From a virus: a stretch of DNA of 64,000 bases. The notes below the pieces were generated by a model. It ran no database searches. It saw only the letters and a list, made by a program, of their open reading frames with translations, and had not been told where the DNA came from. Every line of letters begins with the position of its first letter. Positions within the stretch are counted from its first letter, which is position 1. The stretch lies in the IMG/VR virus record IMGVR_UViG_3300027686_001029; one strand, given 5' to 3'. The translations under genes were made by a program, and so were the position numbers. Shown here piece after piece: positions 1 to 9,400 of this stretch.

Positions 1-1157
1 GTTGCTGAAGCTTCAATACCATCTAATCTAGTTTTTAAAGCATTTGTAAAGTTATTTTGTGTTAATCCACCATCACCTACACTTGCCAAGTTACTTGTTA
101 AAGCAATTGTACCAGTTGCGTTTGGTAATGTATATGTCACATCTGCACCTGCAACTACTGATAAAAGAGTAGCATCATGTCCATCTGCGGCAGTACCTTC
201 GAATACAACACCATTTGATGTTGAAACTGTTGTTACGTTGTTTGTAGTTGTTGTTCCAGTTACTGTTAAATCACCTGGTATGGTAATTGTATCTGAACTA
301 TTACCTATATTTGCTGAACCGCCTAATGAAGCATTTAATGCTGTTTTTACATTAGCTGTATCTGTTACATCTGCACTTGATTCAATTGCATCTAATTTTG
401 TTTTATCTCCACTTGCAAATGCTCCTTCTGATGGTTTAACTTGTAGTGTTGAGATTGTTACACCCTTGATACCCGCTAAATCGGTTAACTCACTATCCAT
501 TAATGCACCTGCTGAAGTTACATTAGTTGCATCTGTTACATCTGCTCCATTTTCAACATTTAATGCAGTTCTAACTTCAGCTGCTGTTAAACCTTCTACT
601 TCTGCTCCATTGATTCTTAAAAAATCATCATCTGCAACTACATCGTTAGCAGTTAAAACATTTCCATCAGAGATACCTTGTGTTAAACCTTTTACTAATG
701 AAAGGTTACTTACCTCACTATCCATTAATGCACCTGCTGAAGTTACATTAGTTGTATCAGTTGCATCTGCACTAGCTTCAATACCATCTAATTTTGTTTT
801 ATCTCCATTTGCAAATCCTCCTTCAGAAAGATGTAGTTGTACTGTTGTACCTTCTACTGCTAATACTCCTGCTGATACTCTAGTTACTGTAGTATCGGTT
901 GCATGACCTAATTCAATTCCTGTAAATTGAGGACTATCGTCAGTTTGGAGACCTAAATCTACTGCTGACGCTGCTACACCATTAGTTGTAAGTTTTGCTT
1001 GTCCTTGTGCTGCGGATGATAGAACTGGTGCTGTGTATGAAGCTCCGGTTGCATCTCCTACAAAGGAGCCTGTGAATGATCCTGTAAAATTCGAATCAGC
1101 TACTACTGCACCTGCTTGGAATTCGAGTTTGGATACTTGTGGATTATCTATTCTCAT
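1..1157 (-). CDS. Tail fibre-like structural protein, truncated by the window edge (absent from the ORF track)
   Basis: Hand translation from ATG at 1157: MRIDNPQVSKLEFQAGAVVADSNFTGSF..., open to the edge. Contains KLDGIEASADxTDxTNVTSAGALMDSE repeats and a QGQAKLTTNGVAASAV module shared with neighbouring fibre-like genes. Confidence 0.8.
   Translation of the reverse strand, partial: MRIDNPQVSKLEFQAGAVVADSNFTGSFTGSFVGDATGASYTAPVLSSAAQGQAKLTTNGVAASAVDLGLQTDDSPQFTGIELGHATDTTVTRVSAGVLAVEGTTVQLHLSEGGFANGDKTKLDGIEASADATDTTNVTSAGALMDSEVSNLSLVKGLTQGISDGNVLTANDVVADDDFLRINGAEVEGLTAAEVRTALNVENGADVTDATNVTSAGALMDSELTDLAGIKGVTISTLQVKPSEGAFASGDKTKLDAIESSADVTDTANVKTALNASLGGSANIGNSSDTITIPGDLTVTGTTTTNNVTTVSTSNGVVFEGTAADGHDATLLSVVAGADVTYTLPNATGTIALTSNLASVGDGGLTQNNFTNALKTRLDGIEASA
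489..754. repeat. 41-bp perfect direct repeat (489-529 and 714-754), 225-bp period
   Basis: ctcactatccattaatgcacctgctgaagttacattagttg occurs twice; encodes TNVTSAGALMDSE. Confidence 0.9.
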
Positions 1158-1191
1158 TTTTAATATTGTTTTTGGTCAGAGTTATCTTTAA

Positions 1192-1199
1192 TATAAATA
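1192..1199 (-). promoter_or_regulatory. Candidate late promoter box TATTTATA
   Basis: Recurrent intergenic 8-mer on the coding strand, about 35 nt upstream of ATG 1157. Confidence 0.65.
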
Positions 1200-1264
1200 T
1201 GTAATATTTTCAGATAACACTATTTTTATTTATTAATTTTTACCTATTTTTTCTTCTATAACTA

Positions 1265-2053
1265 TCACTTTTTTACTACAACAGTACCGCTAAACGTAGA
1301 AGTAAAAGTAATATCTAATGCATTTGCTGATGTTGTTGTTATTTCTGACGGTATAACTTGTGCTCTACTACTACTATATACTTGAACTATAGGATAATCT
1401 TCTGATAAGCTATGTGTGACTGCATAAGAGGAAGCACCTGTAATACTTTGTCTGTATGTTGGTGTTGAACCGGATACTATATGACCGCCTTTTGCCACTA
1501 CTACTCTACCTGATGTACTTGAATCGTATGTTGTAGTTACTATATTAGTATCTGTCGTAGTTACTGATGCAGGTATAATTTGTGCATCATTAGAATCATA
1601 AACGGTAACTAGTACATTTTTAGTATCAAAATTATGAGACGTTGCTACTGATGTTTGGCTTGAGAAAGTATCCGTTATTGTAGCAGTTTGAGCTACGTTT
1701 ACACCAGATACTATATGTCCTCCCTTTGCCACTACTACTCTACCCGATGTAGAAGAGTCGAATGTTATGGTTGCTCTAGTAACAGAAGTTAATGTAACAG
1801 ATGCAGGGATTACCTGTGCATTGTTATCATCGAAGGTTTGTATAATAACATTCCTTGTATTGAAGTTATGGTCTACTGCTACTGATGTTTGGTTTGAAAA
1901 TGTCTGTGATAATGTAGCAGTCTGAGCTACGGTTATACCTGTTAATGCTGATCCATCTCCTAAGTAGGCAGATGCAGTTACGGCATTAGTGACATTAAGA
2001 TTACTTAGAGTGGCTGCAGAGCCGCTAGTAATTAATTTTTTCCAATTAGGCAT
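1265..2053 (-). CDS. Fibre-associated structural protein with three beta-rich HNFxTxNV repeats
   Basis: N-terminus MPNWKKLITSGS; two near-identical 78-aa repeats (234-bp period) plus one degenerate copy. Confidence 0.6.
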   Translation of the reverse strand: MPNWKKLITSGSAATLSNLNVTNAVTASAYLGDGSALTGITVAQTATLSQTFSNQTSVAVDHNFNTRNVIIQTFDDNNAQVIPASVTLTSVTRATITFDSSTSGRVVVAKGGHIVSGVNVAQTATITDTFSSQTSVATSHNFDTKNVLVTVYDSNDAQIIPASVTTTDTNIVTTTYDSSTSGRVVVAKGGHIVSGSTPTYRQSITGASSYAVTHSLSEDYPIVQVYSSSRAQVIPSEITTTSANALDITFTSTFSGTVVVKK

Positions 2054-2121
2054 TTTACTTATTATTATGGTTGGTTACTCAATGAGCCCACTTCCTCTTA
2101 CGAGGCCGATAATAGCTTTAA

Positions 2122-2157
2122 TATAAATATTACGAAAATATCTTTAACTTAACAACT
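2122..2157 (-). promoter_or_regulatory. Composite promoter: AGTTG-N20-TAATATTT overlapping a TATTTATA box
   Basis: AGTTG at 2157-2153, 20-nt spacer, -7-like box 2132-2125, late box 2129-2122. Confidence 0.55.
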
Positions 2158-2164
2158 TTAAATA

Positions 2165-2186
2165 AAAAAAAGGCCCGAAGGCCTTT
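2165..2186 (-). terminator. Rho-independent terminator with cUUCGg tetraloop
   Basis: Minus strand AAAGGCC-TTCG-GGCCTTT followed by a T run, just after the stop at 2189. Confidence 0.9.
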
Positions 2187-2188
2187 AA

Positions 2189-2464
2189 TTATTTTAATTT
2201 GGTTAACTTTACAAAGACTTTATAAAAAGTTTCAAATTCATGACCGCTATAAGTAGCTTCTCGGAGTTTAACTAGACAAAAATCTATTTCATCTGCAGTG
2301 AGATGATCTTTACCTATATCTTTCGAAGCTTTAGCTAGTTGCTCTGCCACAACCTTGTTATCCGATTTGAGTTCTGCTCCTTTTGGAGCAGTTCTCTCTT
2401 TTACTATTCGTTTACCATTAGTTATAAGACCCATTCTAGTAAGAAATTTTATGAATATATCCAT
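2189..2464 (-). CDS. Small hypothetical protein (possible fibre chaperone); start may be 2434
   Basis: ORF directly follows a fibre-like gene and precedes the terminator. Confidence 0.55.
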   Translation of the reverse strand: MDIFIKFLTRMGLITNGKRIVKERTAPKGAELKSDNKVVAEQLAKASKDIGKDHLTADEIDFCLVKLREATYSGHEFETFYKVFVKLTKLK

Positions 2465-3942
2465 ATTACACCGCTATCGGTTTTAATGTTTCCATTTTTC
2501 TGATATTGAGGGACATCTGTATGTCCTGCATCTACATCTACTACTGCTGAAGCAAAAGCATCTGGTGTAGCTGATGTTGCATTGTGTGCTAATGAACTTG
2601 TAAATCCAAATCTTACTGAAGAGTTATTATAGACAAATGCATGTCCTTTTCTTGAACCTTCATCTATTACAAGACCACCTGGTCCAGCTGATGTTGATCC
2701 TGAGGAAAGTAATATGTACTTATCTTTGATCATTAAGTTAGTAGAGTTTACTGTTGTTGTATCCCCATTTACTACTAAATCTCCTGATAAGGTTAAACTT
2801 GTACCTGCTGCTGCTCCTGTTAAGGTTAAACCAGCGAATGATGGTCCGTCTGCTGCTTGTAATCCAGTATTAGCATTAGTTGTTACTCCGTTAGAAACTA
2901 CTCTGATAACACCCTGTGAAGGTGAAGAGAGAACTGATGAGGAAACAAAGGTACCAATTGCTTGAACTTGTGCTGAAGAGGAAAGAATTCCACTTGGCAG
3001 TTGAGTTGAAGATGATACAATACCTGAAGGTAGTTGGATGGATGATGATACTACACCTGCTGGCAAAAACGTCTTAGTTTGAGCTGAAGAAGATATAATA
3101 TTAGCAGGAATGGCTAATAAGTTAGCATAAGGAATTGATCCTGATACTACATGTCCACCTTTTCCTATAATTACTCTACCAGTTGTACTTGAATCAAAAG
3201 TTACTGTTACAACATTAGTATTAGTGGTTACAACAGAAGCAGGTATGATTTGGGCATCGTTATTATCGTATACTGTAGCCATTACATTCTTCGTACCGAA
3301 GTTGTGAGTAGTGGCAACCGATGTTTGACTTGTAAAGTCAGTTATCACAGTAGCTGCTTGAGCAACAGTTAAGCCAGTTAACCCTGAACCGTCTCCTTTA
3401 AAAGCAGAAGCTGATACGGGTTTATTACCGAAGTTTGTTGCTTGATTAAGTAAGCTTGCTACTACCTGAGTAGATCCAGAGATAATTCCGTCTCCAGCTC
3501 CATCAAGAAAGCCTAATGCTGATATTTGTGCTGCACCAGAAATTATATTTGCTGCATGGTTAACTGCTGTTACACCTCCTGTAAATGTTGAAGATGCAGT
3601 TGCTAATTCAATATTATCAGCATTTGCAACAATACCGTTGTTGGCTGATTCTACATTTAATGTTCTAGTTGCTGCTATTGTTCCACCTCCAGTTAATCCT
3701 GTACCTGCAGTTACTGTTACTGATGAGTGGTCTATATTTTCATTTGCTACATATCCGGTAGTATTGTGGATATCAATTTGTCCTGAGCCAGAGACTACTG
3801 TCTTCGATGCAAATGTTAAAGAATCACCATTACCTATAAAGTTAGCTCCCTTTATGTTTGCTGAACTGGTAATGTGTCCTGTGGTTGTTAAAGCGCCTAA
3901 TTCTGCAGAGGAGCCGCTTACTATTATCTTTTTCCAGGCCAT
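2449..3942 (-). CDS. Tail fibre-like structural protein
   Basis: MAWKKIIVSGSSAEL N-terminus; Ser/Gly/Thr-rich; one HNFGTKNV domain; 12-aa SSS repeats; LTLSGDLVVNGDTTTVNSTNL module. Confidence 0.65.
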   Translation of the reverse strand: MAWKKIIVSGSSAELGALTTTGHITSSANIKGANFIGNGDSLTFASKTVVSGSGQIDIHNTTGYVANENIDHSSVTVTAGTGLTGGGTIAATRTLNVESANNGIVANADNIELATASSTFTGGVTAVNHAANIISGAAQISALGFLDGAGDGIISGSTQVVASLLNQATNFGNKPVSASAFKGDGSGLTGLTVAQAATVITDFTSQTSVATTHNFGTKNVMATVYDNNDAQIIPASVVTTNTNVVTVTFDSSTTGRVIIGKGGHVVSGSIPYANLLAIPANIISSSAQTKTFLPAGVVSSSIQLPSGIVSSSTQLPSGILSSSAQVQAIGTFVSSSVLSSPSQGVIRVVSNGVTTNANTGLQAADGPSFAGLTLTGAAAGTSLTLSGDLVVNGDTTTVNSTNLMIKDKYILLSSGSTSAGPGGLVIDEGSRKGHAFVYNNSSVRFGFTSSLAHNATSATPDAFASAVVDVDAGHTDVPQYQKNGNIKTDSGVIWIYS

Positions 3943-4032
3943 GGTTTATATTTTAATTTTTATTTGAGTAAGTATTTGGGGCCAGTTAAGACCCCTTATA
4001 CTATATTCTCGATTAATTTAGCTTGTTACCTA

Positions 4033-5592
4033 TTAAACGTAAATGAAAATATTATCACTACCGTCTACTTGTATATTTCCTCTCTTAGCTGTTAAAACAT
4101 CATCTGTGGCTTGTCCTGCTCCTGAGTCAATAACTAAAGAAGCATAAGCTGATGGAGTTAATGCTGTAGCATTCCATGCTGCTGACTTAGCATAAGAAAG
4201 TCTATTTGATGTTGAATCAAAGAAGAATGCTGCTCCTGAGTTTCCGCTAGATCCAGATGCGAATACAAATCCTGCATCAGCTGCTGAAGATGATCCAGAG
4301 TTAAGTAAGATAAATGAATCTTCTACATTTAAGTTAGCAGTATTGATAGTTGTTGTATCACCATTTACTACTAAGTTACCAGAAAGTGTTAAATCTGTTC
4401 CTTGTGATGGAGATGTTAAAGTTACACCAGCGAATTGAGGTTTATCACCTGTTGCTGTCCCTAAACCTACTGCCGATGCAGCTACTCCGTTAGTTGTTAA
4501 CTGTGCTGTACCTTGAGCTGTTTTAGCAATAGACGATCCAGATACTACTCCGTTAGCTATACTAATTGTTACTTTATTAGCTGATACTACTGTAGAAATT
4601 GAATTGTCTCCTTCAATGGTAAGTGTTTCACCGCCATCTATGGCATTAGCTGTTCCACTATCACCTGCAATTGTAAATGAAGTTGATATAGCTTGTAAAG
4701 AAGCTGAAGTAATACGACCTTGAGCATCAATAGTTAATGCTGGGATAGAAGTAGTTGTACCAAATGTACCTGCTACTCCATTACCGTCTGTAAATACTTG
4801 ATCAAGTTCTGTTGCTCCTATTACGCTTGATGCGATAGAAAGTACTCCATTTGAAGCTAGTGTAGCGTCACCTGATATAGCAACTGATGCTATGTCTGTT
4901 CCGGATCCTACTAAAATTTGTCCAGAAGCTTTAGCATCTAAGTCTGTTGGTGCGTTACTGTTACCACCTACTTTTATACTACCTCTAGTTATATTTGCTA
5001 ATTTAGCATTTGTTACTGCATCATTTGCTATCGTAACTGCTCCATCTGCTCCTAGTGTAACGTCTCCTGATACTGCTACTGAAGCAACATCTGTTCCGTT
5101 TCCTACTAAAATTTGTCCAGAAGCTTTAGCAACTAAGTCTGTTGGAGCATCTGCGCTACCACCTACTTTTATACTACCTCTAGTTATATTTGCTAATTGT
5201 GTGTTAGTAACACCGTCATCAGCAATTTTTATACCTGATCCTCCTACTGTTAGAGTAGAGCCATCTGTGTCAACGGATATTGCTACTGCTCCTGAACCGT
5301 TAAAGGTAAAGTCATTTATACCATTACCGTCTGTTAATGCATTAGCTACAGTATCTGCGCCAATGCCTGTGATTCCTGCTCCGTCACCTTTGAAAGAACC
5401 AGTGAATTGTCCTGAGTTGAACTTTACACCAGTTGCTCCTGAAGTACCTAATATATTTCCAGTACCGTTTATAGCAGTTGTGGTAAGGTTGCCTGAAGCT
5501 CCTGTTACTACGCCTGATGATAAACCTGTAACTTTTACATTAGCTAATTCGGCAGTTGATCCGGATACGATCACTTTTTTCCATGTTGCCAT
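4033..5592 (-). CDS. Tail fibre-like structural protein with a 65-aa internal duplication
   Basis: MATWKKVIVSGSTAEL N-terminus; duplicated LANITRGSIKVGG...KASGQILVG unit; C-terminal module shared with 2449-3942. Confidence 0.65.
   Translation of the reverse strand: MATWKKVIVSGSTAELANVKVTGLSSGVVTGASGNLTTTAINGTGNILGTSGATGVKFNSGQFTGSFKGDGAGITGIGADTVANALTDGNGINDFTFNGSGAVAISVDTDGSTLTVGGSGIKIADDGVTNTQLANITRGSIKVGGSADAPTDLVAKASGQILVGNGTDVASVAVSGDVTLGADGAVTIANDAVTNAKLANITRGSIKVGGNSNAPTDLDAKASGQILVGSGTDIASVAISGDATLASNGVLSIASSVIGATELDQVFTDGNGVAGTFGTTTSIPALTIDAQGRITSASLQAISTSFTIAGDSGTANAIDGGETLTIEGDNSISTVVSANKVTISIANGVVSGSSIAKTAQGTAQLTTNGVAASAVGLGTATGDKPQFAGVTLTSPSQGTDLTLSGNLVVNGDTTTINTANLNVEDSFILLNSGSSSAADAGFVFASGSSGNSGAAFFFDSTSNRLSYAKSAAWNATALTPSAYASLVIDSGAGQATDDVLTAKRGNIQVDGSDNIFIYV
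4860..5240. repeat. Tandem 195-bp intragenic duplication
   Basis: ctaaaatttgtccagaagctttagca starts at 4911 and at 5106. Confidence 0.85.
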
Positions 5593-5639
5593 AATTTAAT
5601 CGAGTTTAGTTGTTATATTATTGTTATTAAAGTCTTTCA

Positions 5640-5647
5640 TATAAATA
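5640..5647 (-). promoter_or_regulatory. Candidate late promoter box TATTTATA
   Basis: About 48 nt upstream of ATG 5592. Confidence 0.65.
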
Positions 5648-5664
5648 TGCTAGATTATTCATTA

Positions 5665-6459
5665 TTATAAACTTCCAATGAAAAAAGATCCAGAAGTATC
5701 AACATACATTCCTCCAACTCTAGCTGTTGGAATTGCTGATTGAGTCACAAATTGGACTGTGCCTTCATTATCTATTTTAAATAGGGATTTTGAACCTGAT
5801 AAAACATCAAAAGTATTTGTACTTCCCTCTAGATTTATTGTTAGAGAACCTGTTACTTGTATATTGTTTGTTGTAGATTTATAAGATCCTGTTGTTTGGA
5901 AAATACTTAAATCTACTACACCGTTAATAAAATGGTTAGATGAAGTCTGTATATTAACACCACCGGATACTCCTATTCCATTGCCTGCATCAACGTTTAA
6001 TGTTACGTTACCGTTAGATCCACCTCCGGCCATTCCGTCTCCAGCAAAAACTGCTGTTATATCACCAGATCCTCCACCACCTCCTCCAGAACCAAAGCCT
6101 GCTGCTGCTGCAGATGCTGATGTCAAGAATCCTGATCCTGCTATTTGAGTAGAAGATGATACTGTACCTGCTGGTACTGTTCCTGAAGATGCAGAGGGAA
6201 AATAAAATTCGTCAAAAGAGGCTGAGTTAGTAAACCCTGAATATCCTGGAGTACTGAATGCTTCAAACTTACTAGTAACATATGTCTTATTTGTGTGTTG
6301 GACATACACTACTTGACCGTCTTTTACTCTTGATTCGTTTAATGCAAGCATATTGGAAGCAGAAGGCACAGATATCCATCCACCCTGTACGTACTCTACG
6401 GCTGTAAATGCTCCTGTGGTTCCTGACCTTACATATATGTCTCCTGCTGTTGTTGCCAT
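5665..6459 (-). CDS. Fibre-associated structural protein
   Basis: GGWISV...R...GQVVYV N-terminal motif reminiscent of trimerisation-type fibre domains; FLTSASAAAAGFGSGGG module shared with the 1815-aa protein. Confidence 0.5.
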   Translation of the reverse strand: MATTAGDIYVRSGTTGAFTAVEYVQGGWISVPSASNMLALNESRVKDGQVVYVQHTNKTYVTSKFEAFSTPGYSGFTNSASFDEFYFPSASSGTVPAGTVSSSTQIAGSGFLTSASAAAAGFGSGGGGGGSGDITAVFAGDGMAGGGSNGNVTLNVDAGNGIGVSGGVNIQTSSNHFINGVVDLSIFQTTGSYKSTTNNIQVTGSLTINLEGSTNTFDVLSGSKSLFKIDNEGTVQFVTQSAIPTARVGGMYVDTSGSFFIGSL

Positions 6460-6470
6460 GCCTTATCTTA

Positions 6471-9400
6471 TTATGGTGCTGATGCTGAATCTGGCATCAG
6501 GTAATATTTTGAATTATTTGTATTTTTTCCTTCTCCAAAAACCATTCCCCATCTTGATACTCCATCTATTGCGTCTGTTGTATCAAAATAATATACTCCT
6601 GATCCCATAGTTCCAGGAATTGATGCGTTTTTAGCGTAAGTATAATATTCTTTTGCTGTACCTGTACTATCAGGAGGAACTCCATCGTACATACTTCTCG
6701 GTTTACCTTTAACTAAACTAGAACTAGCAAATATAATTATTACATGCTGAGCTCCTCCGCTAAAGTTAAAGTATCCTAATTGAGATGTACCCGTATTACT
6801 AGAATCTGATAGATCTGTTAAGGATGCTGTCCTAATTAATGTTAAAGTAGCAGGTGCTCCGTAAGAAGTCCCGAATGTAGAACCTATACCTCCTGATTGG
6901 AAGTGTGAAACTACTGATCCTGATACTACTGCTGTTTCATCTGCACCGGCATCTCCTGCTGTTGCTATAAACTGTGCTTCTGATGATGGATTAGCTGCCC
7001 ATGAGAGTCCATATGCAAATGTTTTAGGCTGTGCTGCTACCAAAGTTAGTGACCTACCTGTGTAACTTGTATTTTTACCAAATGAATCATGTACTGTTAC
7101 GTTATAGTCTATTACTTCAGCTCCTAAAGTACTTGCTGCCTGTATAAATGCTGATGATGAATCTGCATTGTTGTAACTAAACTTTAATTTTGCTGCATCT
7201 GTACCAGATAAGCTAGCACTAAAAGGTGTATTGCTTTCTGTATCTTGAATACTCATACTAACTAAGTTAGTTCCTGCGGATACAGAAGCTGTAAAGTTAG
7301 ACGGTACGTCGGTAAATGATACTACTGTAGGTGCTGTATTAGCTGTTACTGCTATTGATATGCTTCCTGATCCAATAGTATTGTATTGGTCTTGAAAAGT
7401 AATATTAGACGATATAGTTGCTCCAGAACCAGTAGCTGAACCGCTTAAGTTAAGGTTTAATGTTATATCTCCTGTAGTACCAATTGATATAGCTGAATTA
7501 GATGATGTATAGTTCTGAACTGCAGCACTATTAAACTGTGGATTATAAGAAACTGATAAACTACCTGTTGTTCCTGTACGTCCATTGCTGTTTGTTACTA
7601 CAGGTTGATAATTTGTAGCTGATTCTATTACATAAAAGGTTCCGTTTGTGCCTAAAGTACCTGCATTAGAGCCTGTAACTGCAATTGAATGATGTTCTGT
7701 ATTAGTATGAAAGTTATTCGATATACTAGCAGTAACAACATATGTATTAGCTGTTAGATTAGCTGTTGGTCTTATTATTCTAGTAGTTCCTGCTGTTACT
7801 GCTGTCAAATTAGCTCCTCCATATGCTAATGTTATAGAAGTATAGTCTATACTGTCGTCTTCTGTATCAGTAAAGGATAGAGTTGTTAAATTATTACCCG
7901 GTCTTGCACCATTAGTATTATGATTAGCTGTAGTATCGCTAAATACTATGTCTGGTGGGTTATTTTTAGTTACGTTTACTGCTATTGCTGTAGAATCTGT
8001 ATTACTGTATTGATCTGTCCAAGATATAGTAGAAGCTATTGTTGATCCACTAACATTTGATGATCCTGATATATTTTGTGCAGCTGTAAGTACCCCAGAT
8101 GTAGGATGTACGTTGATTAAAGCATTGCTAGAACTAAAACTAGTAGCAACCTGTGAAGCATAGTTAGGAGAGTAGGCAACACTTACTGCTCCTTGTGTTC
8201 CTGTACGTCCATTAGCACTAGTAACTACATTAGATGATGAAGTTGCTGATTCTATTATATAGTAGGTACCGTTATTAGATAAAGTACCGTCATCTGCTTG
8301 TGCTATAGTAAATGATCTACCATTATATGAATTACTCTTATTAAAGTTATCAGTTACTGTTACATTATACGTATAAGTTGCTGCTGGTAAGTTATTTACT
8401 GCTCTTATCTCCCAAGAACTTGATATTCCGTTAGTTGGTACTGCAGACATTGATGCTGCATTAGCTCCTGACAGTGTTATCGCATAAGGACTATCACTTT
8501 CTATATCGGTTATAGCTACTGATACTAAATTAGCATTAGATACAGCTTGATTAGTATTGTATATCGATGTTTGATTAGTAAATGATGCAGTAGGTACATG
8601 ATTAGTAGTAACTGCAACAGATATATTCTCTGACCCTATGTTATTATACTGATCTTGGTAAGATATAGTAGAAGCTATAGTTGCTCCTGAAGAAGTTGCT
8701 GATCCGCTTAAATTTACATTAATACTAAGTAATCCAGCATTAGTTATTGCTATTGCTGAGTTGGAAGATGTGAATGCTGTTGCTCCTGCACTATTAAATT
8801 GTGGAGAGTAAGTAATACTAGCAGAAGCTTGATTACCTGTACGTCCATTTACGTTATTAACTATGTTATTAGTTGTTACTGCTGATTCTATTATATAAAA
8901 CGCACCAGATCCTGTTAAAGAACCTGTTGGTGCTTGTGTTATACTGAATTCTGTTTTATTAGTTACCGTATCAAAGCCTCCTACATCAGTTATAGATGCT
9001 GTAAAGTTATAAGTTCCTGCTGTTAGATTAGAAGTAGGTGAAACTGATACTTGACCGCCTGCTTTAGATGATGAAAGGTTAGTTCCACTAAAAGTAAATT
9101 GATTTAGGTCTACATTATCTCCTTCTGGATCAGAAAACGTTAGTACATATAGGTTATTACTTGGTCTAGCACCGTTTGTGTTAAGATTCGCAGTAGTTGG
9201 TGTAGCAGATATAGTAGGTCCGCTATTATTTGTTATTGATACCGTAAAGGCATCATGAGTCTTTGTTGCAAATGCATTAGATGCTGTTACTGAACCGGTT
9301 ATGCTTGTTCCTCCTACTGCTGATCCTGATATATTACTATTTACCGTAATATTACCTGCTGAACTGATAGAGAATCTATTAGTTGGGTTAACATTAAAGG

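Noticed and set aside
3978-3995. GGGGTC-N6-GGCCCC hairpin between fibre genes
   Set aside because: No U-tract, so not called a terminator; single occurrence
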